DNA of 57,052 bases, the filler included, from Bipalium vagum (lineage: Eukaryota), in the NCBI GenBank assembly GCA_037834085.1. It is 3 parts of 3 records of this genome, joined end to end, with 100 filler letters (N's around TTAATTAATTAA, not from the genome) between each part and the next. Parts side by side here need not be neighbours in the genome. Positions count along the whole stretch, not along the records: positions 1 to 18,915 come from JBBMKC010015614.1; 2 more parts are not named here. One strand, written 5' to 3'. Shown here piece after piece: positions 1 through 14,289 of this stretch. The notes beneath the pieces are model-generated. The model saw only the letters and a list, made by a program, of their open reading frames with translations, did no database searches and was not told the origin of the DNA. Each line of letters opens with the position of its first letter. Positions within the stretch are counted from its first letter, which is position 1. A program made the translations under genes and the position numbers.

Positions 1-70
<70 letters not shown>
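1..70 (+). repeat. (AAT)n microsatellite
   Basis: Perfect ATA/AAT trinucleotide run from the window start. Confidence 0.98.
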
Positions 71-72
<2 letters not shown>

Positions 73-289
73 GTGTTCAGTGTCAAATAAAACTAATTAT
101 TAATTATAAATAATTAATAACAATAAATGTGATCTACAATAGAGCTCAACTTTTTAGGATAAGGAGATTCCTCATCTTTAACATTTATTTGTTTTAAATC
201 TATCAAACTTCTCAAACTAATAATTAAAGCAACTCCAATTATGATATTATTTTTAATTTTTAATTATCTCATATCATCTCCTTTATGAA

Positions 290-1280
290 AATTGTGTAAC
301 TTCTTACTTATTTTCTACTATAGAGTCTGTTATGAATTTTCTTTGAAATTTCAATGGGACCTTCAAAATTTTCTGATTTTTCTTTCTCTGTTTCAGTTTT
401 ACAAGGACTTGTTCTCCAATTTTAAAATATATTCCAGTAGTTTCTAGCACTGGTTGGATGGCCATATCGATGAATTCCATTTTCTGATCTGCTCATAGTC
501 ATTTTTCGCGAAATATCTTTTATGTTGGAGAGCACCTTAAAAACCTTTCACGTTTCATCTAAAGTAAACTCGACCTCTTGATTTTTAATGTCCCAGCTTC
601 TAGATTTTTCTTCTTTAAGTGTTGCTACAAGCATTTCAAGCTTTCAAATGCTTTCAAGCACCTCAGAAATGGTCGATCAATCATTTGGTCCGTGATCATA
701 ACGGCGTGAAAAATACACTCTTGAATTAACACTTTTTATAAACATTTTTGTTGCCTTTTAGTCAAACTCTTTTTTAAAATCTACATAAATTTCTATAGGA
801 GCTCTAAATATCTGTATTTCTGATTGAACGTATTATTATTTGCTTTTTTTGGAATCGTAATTAATCTAATAAATGAATTGGGTTGTCTAATGATGGCCTT
901 TTAATGTTCCCATAAAAACTTCACAAATATTAATTATAATTCGATCAAAAAGTTCTGATTCTGGATATTTCGTTACCGTCTCATTTGATACAGTTGTCAA
1001 TGTCTTTGATCTTTGACACATCTCATTGCTTTACAATCTCTTTTGTATATTCCAAAAAATTCTTCATATTAAAGATTGATCACTTTCTCCAATTCAGTGT
1101 GTTAAACCTTTTGTATACCTGCACAAGAAAATCTTTAATTTTTTCTTGTAATATCTACAATTTTATATTTCCATTGATTCATATTATTCTCTTGATTTAA
1201 TTCTAAAGTATTAAGCCCACTTTTTTAGATTTTGAATTGATGAGAAAATAATCAGATCTTGATAAACGGTTAGCCACCAT
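290..1280 (-). mobile_element. Degenerate Ty3/gypsy integrase-region relic
   Basis: Broken minus-strand frames give ATLKEEKSRSWD..EVEFTL and FKIGEQVLVK...FEGP.EI.KKIHNR, resembling the gypsy integrase C-termini at 13700-14050 and 25650-25800. A purine tract near 280 may be the PPT. Confidence 0.6.
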
Positions 1281-1699
1281 TATATAAATTTTTTCTACCA
1301 ATAAAATTTTAATTTGAAATATTACCAATATAATATGAATATCAAAAGTATTGAAGCATTATTATTTTAATAAGTTTTAATACTAAATAATTAATAAAAT
1401 ATATCAAAAATAACTTTATTTAATCATTCGAAATATTTCCAATTCTAAGACAAAATTAGAAATATCTATTAAAAATCCAATTTAATTATGATTACTTAAT
1501 GGACAAAACTTCAAAATAAATCTTATTATTAACATGCAAACATTAATTGATTAAATATTCTCTATCAGTACCAACTACTCTCTGCCATCTATCTAACAAA
1601 AAATGAATATAATCGGAATAAAATTCTGTTGTTTTTTGATCAAAAGTCATGCGTCATTTCTTATGTCGTCCAGGTTTTTATCTTTTTTTTTCCTTTAAG

Positions 1700-2442
1700 A
1701 ACGGAAGTCATTAAGTGGAACACATGATAATCTGAAGTCGCGATGTCTTTGATATATGGTGGACATGGCCAGATTTTACTTCTTTTGTGTCATTTTTGAT
1801 GTATCGAGCTTAGCATTATCATGCAGCAAAATAATAACTAGATCGTATTTTTTGAAGTGCAATGTAAACTGTATAATTGTTTGCGGTAACGTTTAGATTC
1901 AACAGTTTCGTCATTTTTCACGAGTTTCCAATAAATGAATCCTAAGCAATCCCACCAACCGGGGACTAGAACCTTTTCTGATAATAGCCCTGGTTTTCAG
2001 ATCACCAATGGATGCTGTAAAGCCCATACCCATCCCTTGCGATGATCAGGATTAGTGTATTCAACCCAATTCATTGTATGCCACAATTCTTTATCATTTC
2101 TGATAAGGTTTGTATTACAAATTATAATCTGTATAGATTTTTGTTTTCATAACAAACCATATGGTTCCCATCTTCCGGTTCTATATGATTTCCCCATTTC
2201 GTGTAAATAAATTCTTTTCTCCTCTACATGACAATCGAAAATTGTAACCAATTCTTCAATACTTTCTTTCGGGTTCTCGGGGATTTAAATTTTTTAAACC
2301 ATATTTTGCAATGGCTAACAAAGAGTCCTTCAAGAGGAGGGATTTTCAGAATCTTTCATGAGGCCTCTTTCGTTTTGGTTACTTGGTCATACTCATACAA
2401 CAAGCAGAACCGAATATGAGTATTTGTAATACTCTTTGCCAT
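1700..2442 (-). pseudogene. Mariner transposase relic
   Basis: MAKSITNTHIRFCLLYEY...CKIWFKKFKS (mariner N-terminal HTH), then IILLHDNA and CPPYIKDIATSDYHVFH (degenerate HDNA / YSPDLAPSDY motifs); stops and frameshifts. Confidence 0.8.
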
Positions 2443-2898
2443 TAGGGTATCAATAAGAAATATCAAAATATTATCTTAATTTAAATGTAATACACAAATT
2501 GTATTATTTAAACAATTATAACATACATTTTCACAAAGAATTTCAAATATATTTAAATTGATTTTATTAAAATAAAAAGTTTAAGTTTTATAATATACAG
2601 GGCTCACAATTAAATTGGATCCCTAATAGAAAAATAATTAATTAAAAGAAAATTGTGGCGTGATGTAATAATTAACAAATTTAGATTATAAATTAAAATA
2701 TTTTATCATTTGATATTTATTATTAAAATAATTAATTAATTCCAAATTTATTATATTAGTTTCATTTTAAGCTTTCGTTATATTTAATTAGTAAAAATTT
2801 ATAACTTCATTGACTATAAACGAGTTACAATTATTATTAAAATCTGAAAAATAATTAAAATTTTAATAATAAAAATAACAAGAATCCTCTTCAAACAG

Positions 2899-4413
2899 GG
2901 AACATTTTCATTTAAACAAGGTGAGGTTCTTGATATGCGAATAGTAACAGGCTCTCCAGGTCAGTCAACAAAAACAAGTATGCCTGGCGGAGGAGGAGGA
3001 AGTTTTATATTCAACTCTGCTAATAAATTATTAGCGGCAGCAGGAGGAGGAGGAGGTGCTTACGTCGGCTCAAATGGAAATGATGCGTCTATTACTGTAA
3101 ATGCTACCGATGCAACTCGATCTCCAATGGGTGATAATTGTTATCCCAGTAATATATGCAATGGAAAAGGTAAATATATTTATTCTTTTTTTTTCATGCA
3201 CAACTTTTTTTTAACATCATAGGCCTTTAAGTCCACCATTTTGTTTAATTCAAAATTGGAACGTTTCTCGCAAATTATATTTTCACAATTTCTTTTACAA
3301 ATTTACCGATTTAAATCAATTAATATACTTTAAATTAGTTAATTTTAACATTTTGTGTGAACCTAATTTTAATTTATTTTAGTTAACTTTTTAATTTTTT
3401 TTAATTAAAATTTTATATTATTATAAATTACAGTAACGTATGATTAACAAAATTAAATTTTCCATAGCACAACAATAAGTTTTATTTTATCAGAGAATCT
3501 TTATATTAAGGTCATCTTTTGTAAGACATTTTGGTAACCATTTTAATTTGCCTAAGTTTTCTCACTGCGGTAAAAGTTCAAAAGTTAGGTCAATTGAACA
3601 ATTTTGATAATTATTAATTAAAAATAACTAAATAATAATTAAAGTATTAGATAATTATTATTAATTGTTATTATTAGATAATTAGAAAAATTCGATTCAG
3701 ATGAATCTTAATTTCAGTAAAAGTGAATAAGATATGTGCAAAAAACCTTAAGGAAGGTGTGAGACGAAATTTATTTCAATTGTCTGTTATTTCATGCATT
3801 GTTGATTTTTTTAACCAATTTGTACTAAATATGATCACTGCTTAATTATGAAAAAAATAAATAATTAATATTTACATACATAAATCATATTTAGGAGGCA
3901 GAGGTTCACAACATGGTCAATATCCTCAACCAAAGTGCCTTCCTAATAATCATGCATACTTGATCTGTAACAGTACCGGAGGAGCAGGAATAGGCTGGAA
4001 TCCTGATATTATCAAACCACCACAATATATTAATGAAATATTATCTGGTAAACCAGGTAAAAGCTATTCAGAAAAAAAAATAGCCTTTTTTGGGGGTGAA
4101 GGTGGTACAGGAGATGGAACAGGGTAAACCACCAGTTAAAATAATATTAGAATTTTTTTATTATTCAAAACTGCTTTATAGAGGCTATGGAGGATTTGGT
4201 GGAGGAGGTGGAGGAGCTGCTGGTTTAAAAAAAGTTGGAATTGGTGGAAGTGGCGCTGGTGGTGGTTTTTCTGGTGGAGGGGTAGGTATAGGATCTTCAA
4301 CTGGAGGTGGAGGAGGTTCTTCTTATTGTGACACGTTAAGTTGTGAAATAATAATACAAAATTCAACGGTATTCCGAGGAGGATTTACAATGATTTTTAA
4401 GTCAACAAGTTAG
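2899..4413 (+). CDS. 3' exons of a protein ending in an ALK/LTK-type glycine-rich domain; exons 2899-3169, 3895-4123, 4182-4413; 5' exons not located
   Basis: GT-AG introns with matching phases (1, then 2). Translation GTFSFKQGEVL..GGGGGSFIF..AAAGGGGGA..GGAGIGW..GGFGGGGGG..GAGGGFSGG..GGGGGSSY fits the ALK/LTK glycine-rich domain pattern. Stop at 4413 with no TM segment or kinase. Confidence 0.75.
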
Positions 4414-5085
4414 TCTTTCTAAATTGTATTCACGCTTTTGTCTTTAATTATTATAAAATTATATGATATTATAGTTTAATGGTAAACTGTATATGACTAT
4501 AATTTTAAAAATTAATTTTATTTATAAAATAAATGGTATATATATATATATATATAATTTAATGAGATCGTAACTGAATCTAACTTTCTGATAATGTAAC
4601 ATAGGTAATTTGACATTTTCGCTGTGGGCTGAGCATTATTGATTCTTTTCTGATTTTATTTGCTTTAAATAATTAATGTATTCTATTTCATTCAGATAGA
4701 AACGTAGCAGCTCGGAAAAGTAAATATTTAATTATATTGTGATAGAATTATATTATTTTTAAAATTATATATAATATATATTTCTTAGAAATAATTTCAT
4801 TTATTAAAATTTTTGAAACACTCAAAAATCTTAAATAATTCTTTCAGAAATTTCCGCTTTAAACTTTGTGACCCTTTGATATTGAAATTTATTACCTCTC
4901 TTGTTATTTTAGATGTTGAATGACTCTATCAGAAATATAAGGATAGTGGGTCAGAATTTTTACACTATTGTTACTATTATCCTTAAACTGAAATAAGTAA
5001 CTTCACTCGAAATCAATAACTCCTCACTATTCAAGGTTGTGTTCGCTTTAGCTACATTCAATTAAATCAAAACTCCCACAATGAA

Positions 5086-5800
5086 CCTTATTCGCACCCC
5101 AAATTGAATCAAGGCAATCAACGTAAAACTTTTTAATCAATCAAATAATCAATGCTTGTCAAATGTCTAAAAATCACCAAGTCAACTGATTTAATGTCCG
5201 CAAAAATCAACCCTCCTTAATCGCAAATTATCACAAATGAATGAAGAAGAACAAAATATAATATTGACTCAAATAAACGCAAAAAAAATTATGATAAAGA
5301 TTATTATGAATTTCAAAAGAATGTACAAAAGAGATTACTTTGGATTCACAAAAAATTTAAAGAAATCTAGAAAAACCTCGCCAGGAGTAACAACAGGTTC
5401 CTGGGTCGTCATCTAGGTCCTTTTCAGGTCACATAGGGATTCCCAAACTCGCTTGGTCCCATTGTTAAATTCGTTTTCGTTGTCATCAAAAGTAAAATAA
5501 ATGAAGATACTGGAGGAATGGTGATCTCCTCTTTTGTGAAACTGTAATGGTAACTGTTTTTGAAATAGTCTTCTTGCAACTGTATTGATAAGTGCCTTTA
5601 AAATAGTAGTCTTTTGTTTTTCTTAACGGCTTTCTCAGAATTGCTGTCTCTTTATATAGTCGATTGGTCTACGATCACCAATCTCTGCGCTTTGAGACGG
5701 CTATTTACCTTACTAGCCCACAAATTCTAACTTTATCTTCACCTCGAGATAAAATTAGATAAATATTAATAAAAAAATAATTTATTATCCCGTCGACGAG
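5086..5800 (-). mobile_element. Probable LTR with adjacent PBS-like site
   Basis: Minus strand shows CCAAT followed by TATATAAAG (about 5650-5668) and TGGGGTGCGAATAAGG near 5101-5086; no coding frame; boundaries approximate. Confidence 0.35.
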
Positions 5801-5999
5801 ATTTTGATATATTGCTTTTGATATTATTTAAGTATTTTAAAAAGTTGTAATAAATAATAATATTAGTACTAGTAATACTAGATTATTATTATCACTAACG
5901 ATTTTTAGGGTTTTTGCCCTTGCCAAACACAAAAAATACGTATGATGATGGGAAAGTATGGAGATTCTAATACTTGGAAAGACAAACCAAACCAAAATT

Positions 6000-6590
6000 A
6001 AATGTTTTTCAAAATAATCGCCTTAAAGATCAATACACTTTCATAAGCAATTTAAACAATTTTCGTAGATTTTTTTCCAATTTGAATTTGGCACTGCAGA
6101 TACAAATACCATGAATTTTGTAATATCGACCGAATAACTGTTGTTAATTTGGATTCATCTTTAAAAATCCAAACATTAAATTACTGATTTCTTTTAGTCT
6201 TACGAATATGACTAATCTATTAAATTTATGAAGCATTTGTACCATTTAACACGAAATTCTTTTGCAAAAGATGTTAAATTGTGTTTGATTCAACCACTTT
6301 CGTAACTTCAGGTGATTGTGCTGTCATTCCAATACCAAGAGATGCCTCAATTTCACGGTATGTGATATGTTGATCTCTATGTCAATTATTTCATGCACAT
6401 GATAAATATTATTGATTGAACCCGACGTTGACAGCCATCCTCAAGAAATTAGTTCCAGAAATCTTTGAACCATTCGTAAAAGCAGCTATTTGTAGTGCTT
6501 ATTAAAAAAAGGCTAAAAAGTTGATCCTTACTTTGATGTATGGCTATAAATAAATTCATGGTAAATCATTGAACGACAATTTCCTTATAA
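6000..6590 (-). pseudogene. Internally deleted mariner transposase relic
   Basis: Fragments HITYREIEASLGIG, VWIFKDESKLTTVIRS and C-terminal KCIDLxGDYFEK. Confidence 0.7.
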
Positions 6591-7369
6591 AATTTTTATT
6601 TTATTTATAATTTCTATTCCAAATGCCTATCTATTGAAAAAATTCATTAATTTAGATTTATTCAAATGATTTATAGTAATTTATAATTAAAATGCAGTTA
6701 CCATTTACAGTACCCGATTCCATATACTTATCTTATTATATTTTAGTCCCTTTCTAATTTTTTATAAAGTAAATGTGTATTCTTTATAATAACATTTATT
6801 TTTCAGAAAGTAATTTATTTGCTTAAAAATTTTTTAAAATTTTTTTTATTAATTTATATCTTTTATATTTTATGTCTTATTAACATTTTGTTCATATCAA
6901 AAATCCGCAAACAAAAGATATTTTTAAAATAAAATAAAAAGTTTACTTTATTACTTTGAAAATTTTTATATTTATATATTTTTCATTTTCAGTCTTGATG
7001 TTTTCCATAACTTTGTGGATAAATATAGGGCTATTTGGATAGTTCAGTTAATTGAACTTCTTTTGATATTGAGATAATTTCATATAAATCTCTTAGTTCT
7101 TAATTTACACTTATGTCCTGTAATTTGCTATCGAAAAATTGATTTATTTATCAGGATTAGGCTAGTGTAACCTTTTATTAAAATAGTAAATATTTATCGT
7201 ATGGCTGATTTTTTAATATTTTAATGACAAATATTTATTATATAAATCTGAAGAGTTCACTTTGTAAGTTCAAATTTTTTGTGCAATATTTTTATAATCT
7301 TTAATACCACCCAAAAACATTTTAATCATTTTTATAAGTCATCTAAACACGAAAAAAATGAAAAATAAT

Positions 7370-7900
7370 ACTTCCATGGACATCTTAATTCCAGATGATA
7401 TTTTGCAAGAATAATAATGCTAATTGCAACATGGCAGTCATTTCAGGAAACCTCTGACTGTGTTGTGGTGACTTGCACAATGTCGGTTCATTCGAAACAG
7501 CATATATTGTAACACTGTGTGATGTTCCTTCTGGATTAAATGTCTATTATTATACAACAGACGGCTTCCGATAGTAATGCAAATCCTGTAAGTAAAGTAT
7601 GCTCATTCTTTGATAACAGCCGATTGTCTCTTACACAAGTGAACATTGACAGTGAAACGCTTGCTGAGTGGGGAAGTACTGTCGCTTCATCACAAGCTTT
7701 TTGTGGATTGTGATGATGAAATCAACCACACTCAGAATATTGATAATACGAAAACTGCGTAGATAGTTTGAAACATCTGAAGCATTGTTTACGTCGCACC
7801 TTTACGAATTCATTTGGTGTAAATGGCAAAAGTAGAAAAAACGTTTTCAGCCTTTATGTGAAGACTTAATCATAGCTAAACGCTTTGAACTTTATATTCT
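7370..7900 (+). pseudogene. Merlin (IS1016/ISXO2-like) transposase relic
   Basis: N-terminal LAQCRFIRNSIYCNxCDVP..DGF..CKSC zinc-ribbon-like segment; C-terminal FVD....HTQNI and LFTSHLYEFIW motifs. Confidence 0.6.
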
Positions 7901-8379
7901 TACATTAAATGCAGTTTTTATTCAAATATCTTAGTCTATTTTATTTTACGTGGTTCAAGAAACTGGTATCAATTTTTAACTTATGAACTGAAGATTACCA
8001 AAATGTTTAAGTATGTGTTTCGTGTAAAGAAATTTCAAGATAATCACACTTAGTTTTAAATTTTACTGATGTAATTTTGTAAAGCTATAAAGCTTTTGAA
8101 ATGTAATGTAGATTTAATTGTGTCATTTGTTACTATCTACTTCTACCATACCCTTCATTATCATTATCATAAGAAATAAGTATAACATATCATTATAAAA
8201 ATGAAGGATACCAAACTGCGCGCGCATTTTATTGTGATATTTTTAATAAATATTTAAAAGCAAAAACATCTTTAACATCATCGAAAATCAAATGAACATT
8301 TTAATCAAATTTAAATAATTATTAATCAAATAAACTTATTTGATGAACTACCTGAAAATTATAATATATATATAAATAG

Positions 8380-9281
8380 ATCCCTAAAAAGTTTTAAATA
8401 CTCAAGAAGATCAACAGTGATATCAAAGTTTTTTTGAAAAATAGGACATTTACAATCCGCTATTACGAATAATGAATTCTTAAAGATATTTTGAACAGAG
8501 AAATATCCAGGAGAATTACATTGAAAATCTTTAAATACTTTTAACAAAACAACTTCAACATACCAATTTACGGGACCTGGGTCGGATATTCATAAAAAAT
8601 CAAAAAAAGATGAATTAATAAATAATTATATTGAAAAATGAAATTTAAATATTTCCCCAATTCCTATACCAGATTACATTTCAATAAATAGAATTGTTCA
8701 AGCTGCAATAGAATATTATTTAAAATATCTTTCAAAAGAATTCTTGATTTGCTGATGTTCCAATAGTATATAAAATGAACAATATTCAAAATCAAACCAC
8801 AAGAGAAAAACTTGAAATAGCTTTGGTAAAGTTAATTATGAAGAGAAAGGTTGAACTTGGATTAGGATTACCAAGAATTTTAAAATTACTTTTAACAGAA
8901 AAACTATTTAAAAGATCCCAAGAATTAAAACTAGAAAATCGAAAGCAATTTCCAAATGAACTTTATAAAGAATTTAGAAAACCAAAAATATATCTTAAAG
9001 TTAAGGTTTTCACTTTAAATATATTTGGAGTGCTAATTTAACATTTGTACCTACGGAAACTATGTGGTTATTCTAACAGTAATTGTTTTATACGCAAGGT
9101 ATACTTTACTGTTCCTTTAAAAAATAAAACTGGAAAATCTATAACAAATGCTTTTGATGACATTCTTCAGGACTACAAAAGAAAACCTAAAAAACTTGAT
9201 AATTTTTGTAATTATACTGAACTAGAAATTTATTCAACTGAAAATGAAATAAAAGCAGTTGTAATAGAAAGATTTGTCTGA
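8380..9281 (+). mobile_element. Polinton/adintovirus fragment 1: degenerate PLA2-like + rve integrase
   Basis: KYPGELH..YQFTGPGS..INRIVQAAI then TTREKLEIALVKLIMKRK..NELYKEFRKP..VPLKNKTG..YSTENEIKAVVIERF; collinear with 15600-16500. Confidence 0.85.
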
Positions 9282-10348
9282 TTTTCCGTCAATTTATCAT
9301 TCTTTTATTTTAAAAAATTTTGAACCAAAATTTTTAAAATAAGTCATAATAATTTTTTTATAATTTTCAATAATATTTTTTACATCCCATTCAGTTTTTA
9401 GACGAATTAGACTTAGGAATTTTCACTTTAAATTTTTAAAATTAATTAATATAAATATTCATAAAAATACATCTAAAAAGTTTAGTATAATTTATAGTGA
9501 TAGTAAGCACATAGTACATAAATTCTACAGTTCTATAAATATTAAAAGTATAAAATGAATAATTACTTAAATTATATCTACATTGTATTGTTATTGACTA
9601 ATACCTATTATTGTTCTCTGACACCAATGATTTTCTTTAGGTCCGTTTGCTATGCGGGCAAAAATAAAAAATAAATATTGACTATATTTTACAAAATTTA
9701 TTCAATGACCACTGAAGTTACCAAAAGTACCAAATCAAAAATAATCATATGAAAGGTTAACCACTTTTGATTCGGCAAATTCTTCCTTCCTCTATCCTCA
9801 ATTCATCCCCGAATTCGATTCTATCTCTACTTCAATTTAAAATTTCACCAGAATTCTCAATTTGGCTAAAATTTCGATTTCAAATTTATTTCCCACTAAT
9901 TCTCTTTTCCCTATTTTTTTACTCTCAGCAGAATCACGCGTGTGACTATGGAGACTTGGCTATCCATTATATAGGAGTCATAGTCTTTTCACCTGCCAAT
10001 GATCATTTCCCTTTTCTGTTATTTACTGAAGAGAATAGGAACTTTTTATTATTCAGCTCAGCCCAAAAGTATTTGACTAAGCTGAATAATTAATTATTTA
10101 AGGTTTTCTTAATGAAAAAATCTCTTTGATTTATTTTTAATATAGCGTTTTTTTGTTTTATGTTTTTTAATATGGGAGAAATTTAATTATAAGTGTTAGG
10201 AATTCTGAATTTTTATTTTATATTATCAATTATTATTTTATCAGCTAATATTTTTATTATTATCGTTAGGCTAAATTTGTTTGTTTGAACATTAAATAAA
10301 TAGTTTTGAAATCCAAACTGTTATGATTCAATTAAAAGAAGATTTAAC

Positions 10349-13300
10349 TGGCGACCACATTGAAAATGTTAGTGTCATCACAAGACAACAAGGGAAGAAG
10401 AAACTATTAAATGCTTTACCAATGAAGGCACAAGAATTGTTGTCATTCCAAATCCGCAAATTCGATGGGCGAGGCACCCAGGTGGCTTAGAAATGGCTGA
10501 AGTAAATCGAAGAGTGGTTGCATCTCAATGAAATTTGCATGATCCATGTTTTAGACCGGCTACTGACAGATGAGGCCGCTATCTTGTAGAAACATTTTAA
10601 ATCGAAGATACGACAGTACCCAGTGCTAAGCAATGGGTCTTAGTTACCATTACCATCAAGAAATCTTTCACAGACCTCATTATGGAGTTGGCAGAGATAA
10701 AACAAAAAGAAGATGAGAGATTCGCAACCTTTGAGATTAGAATACGAGAACTACTGAACAGTGTCTTAGACTCGGGTTGGACTAGAGACGAAATGATCAA
10801 TAATCTCTTAACAAAGAGATCTAGAAGTGGGAGGTTAAAAGAAGCATTAATCTTGAGGCCAAATATTGATACAACAGAAATCAGAAGCTTGGCGATGCCC
10901 TACGAATCCGCATCAAGTAAATTCCGTTCGCAAACAAAGTTATGCTGAAAGCACGAGAAAGGAATCTCACGATAAACAACCTTACAATGGTAAAATTTCG
11001 GAGATTAAATATTATAGCAACCGTGTTGATCCAATAAAAACGTATGGAGTTACATTTACCAAGCCCACAAAACACTACGAAATTGGAGGAAGCAGGGACA
11101 GAGCAGATACCCCGATTGAAAATTAAAACACACGGACGTCAGAGCATAGAAGGATTAATCCCAGAGTGTCAATGAAACATATACCAATGTGTTTATATAA
11201 CAAACGAAAAGGTTTACCTGTACCGACGGAGATGTAGTTGAATTCAGGACAGTGTTTCTGCTAAGGTGTCATTGATCATAGAAGATTCGAATGCCCACTG
11301 AAAGGAAGGTGTTTAATTTTTGGAAAACGCGGACACCAGTTTCGAGATTGTCACCTATTAGAAGACGACTCGAGAAGTCAGGGAAGGTCGGTATTGTGTA
11401 TACATGAGGAAATGGAAGATTCAATTTCAGAAGGAGAAGATAATTTGGAAACAGAAGAGGATGAAAAAAACCTAGGTGATTACATCACTTCCATTTCGTC
11501 GGTGGGATCTCATCATTAAAGAGTTTTCAAATTCGGAATGTAAACAGCAGAGACGCGATGTTCCTCTCAGAAGATGGACAACGATGGAGTCTAGTGGCGG
11601 TGCATGGTATAAATTTTAAAATGTTGTGGGACTCTGGAGCTTCAGTCACGGTGATGAGTGAAAAATATTGTAAGAAAGTGGGTATGTCACAGTTGATGAA
11701 GAGTAACTTATTGTTGAGTGGAGTTTTTCGGAAGGTGACGAAAAACCTCTTGGTTCCTGTACAATGAGTGTCAGGTAGAAAGAAAAATGTCGTGAAGTAG
11801 ATATCGTAATAGAACGGAATATACAACCAGGTTTCGTCGGTGGTGTAAATTTGATAAGATTATTTGGAGTCGAATTGTGTGAAATCGGCAGTATTGAGGT
11901 TGGTCTAAAGAAGAAAATTATTAACGAAGAGCGCAAGCAATTGATTGCACAATTCTGTGCAGAACAATCGTTGAAGCGATTACGAGATTTATTAATGAGA
12001 TGTGCACACATTTTTATTGGATCGATGTTTGACATTGGGCACACTAAGATGGTGGAGCATGAGATGTGACAGTGACAGTAGTGATCAGTGACAGCAGGTC
12101 CAATATTGCAACATCCAAGATGGCAACCTATGCATCTCGAATCAAATATTGACGAAATTATTGTGCAACTCATGTCACCTGATGTTATCCGGAAATGCAA
12201 GAGGCCGTGGAATTCTGCACTGGTGTAGGTATTAAAGAAGGTCTGGTCGATTCGAATATGTGTGGATTTTAGACGGATTAACGCGATTACGGAAAAACTT
12301 TTCTTCCCAATTCCAGATATGCAGTCATTATTTGATTGTTTGGCCTATTCGATGTGCTTCTCGTCTGTAGATCTCGGACAAGTATACTACCAGGTGAAAT
12401 TCTCAGAAAGATCACGGATTATAACGACTTTTAGCACAAAGCAAGGTCAATACTGTTTCATTTGACTTCTCTTTGGTTTGGCCACAGCTCCAGCTACGTT
12501 CCAGAAACTCATCTACGAATTGCTGGACGGTCTCATATTCAATGATGTCATTGTGTATCTGGATGATATACTGATATATGGGATCTCTGAAAGCCAGCAT
12601 GATCGAGTCTAAGAAGAGGTTTTAAGAAGAATTTCTGTAGCAGGGCTAAAGGTAAATCCAGAAAGTGTAAAATTAATCAAAAAGAAAGTGTTTCTTAGAC
12701 ATACAGTGAGTGTAGCGGGAATTCGTACAAATGAAAAGAAGATTCAGGAGATTATGAAAGTGGAACCGCCGAAATGTGTCTCGAAGCTGCGGTCATTTTT
12801 AGGCCTAACGAACTATTATCGCCGTCTTATTGACAAATATGCGAAGATAGAAGCACCATTATATACCGTCACATCGGAAGGTGATAAACAGTTACAATGG
12901 TCAAATAAATGCCAGAAAAGTCTTGCAGAGCTAAAGAGTAAATTATGCAATGCCCCAATACTCGGTTATTCTAGAAAAGACAAAACATTTGTGTTAGAAT
13001 ACAGGTACTAGCTCCAATGCCATCGGAGCTGTGTTAAGTCAATGGCGGAAGATGGATCGGCAGCAGTAATAGCCTACAGCTCAAGTGGGTTACTGTGTGA
13101 CCCGGTAGGCGTTTCTGGTGGTATATGAATTCGTTTTCTATTTTAAACAATATCTATATGGTAAAGGATTTGTATTCCGAACGGACAATAAGGCATTGGT
13201 ATTGATGAATGTCACAAAAAACCTATCAGTCCCCAATTCCAGACCTGGCTGGGAATTTAGAAGAATTTAATTTTGAGCTCAGCAATAGGAAAGGCAAAGA

Positions 13301-14050
13301 TCAAAGTAATGCGGATGACTTGTCAAGAATTCTGCAGGAAAATAGATCAAACACGCACCAAAGAGTTTTTGATCTTTAGTCGTATTGAGCATTTTCTGGA
13401 ACAGATTGTGGTAGACATTGCTTTTATGGAAAGGTCGAAAGCTAGTCACAAATATGTCCTTGTCATTGTGAATCGTTTTAGTAAGCTGGTGAACTTCAAC
13501 GAGTTGATGATAGAACCATCACAAAAAATTATGAACAACTTGGTTTATAAATTTGGAAGGCCGGAGAGTATCCTGAAAAATAGAGAACGCCGTTTTGAAA
13601 GCGGTTGGTTCAGCAGAAATGAAAAGGTATGAATATCAAGAATTTAGTGCTCCCTATCAGCACCTATCTAATGGTCTTGTGGAGAGGATAATAAGAACAA
13701 TTTTAGACATGATAACTATTTCATTAAAGAGTGGTTATGAAGAACAGGACTAACACGAACTGCTACGGAGGATCGAGTTTAGCTTTAATGCTACTCAGCA
13801 AAGCTCAACAAAATTCTCACCGTTTGAACTCGTCTGCGGTCACAAAAAGAATATCCAATCGGTATTGGGTGAGGTTATCAGAATTGAAACGGATATTACA
13901 AAGAAAGCGAAAGTAAATTTATGTACAACTGCAAACAAAATGGGTCAATTCGAAAGGAGCAAACGCTAGAAACAAATTTTCTCGATTGGAGATTCAGTGC
14001 TGGCCAGGGTAGAACCACAAAAGAGGAAGAAGAATGATTTTCAATATTTC
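10349..14050 (+). mobile_element. Degenerate Ty3/gypsy LTR retrotransposon (PBS, gag, PR, RT, RNase H, IN)
   Basis: PBS-like TGGCGACC at 10349; two degenerate CCHC knuckles about 11255-11355; protease LWDSGAS (11558 ORF); RT CVDFRRIN..FGLATAPATFQ..YLDD (12556-12567); RNase H RTDNKAL; integrase VVDIAF..PYQHLSNGLVER. Domain order PR-RT-RH-IN; many stops. Confidence 0.92.
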
Positions 14051-14289
14051 AGAAATGTTGTGGAATTCTCTATATTTTTAACATACACTCCTAACCAAAG
14101 CACCCTTCACATTCTCCATTGGGTTAAGATCGTGACTTCTTGGTGCCTAATCTAGTACGGTAATTTTATTTTTTTAACCACATTTTTGTTGCTTTTTAGT
14201 GGCATTTTGCTAAATTTTGCTGAAATATCCACTTATCTCCCCCTACAATGGGTCCATAATGGGTATTAGGATGAGTCAAGATTGAATTA

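Noticed and set aside
150-260. Hydrophobic minus-strand peptide
   Set aside because: Lies downstream of a gypsy integrase and PPT, so it is probably LTR sequence.
11646-12200. 184-aa minus-strand ORF and other antisense ORFs (4136, 15550, 24275, 27517, 29215, 54293)
   Set aside because: Shadows of coding or TE sequence on the opposite strand, with no recognisable motifs.
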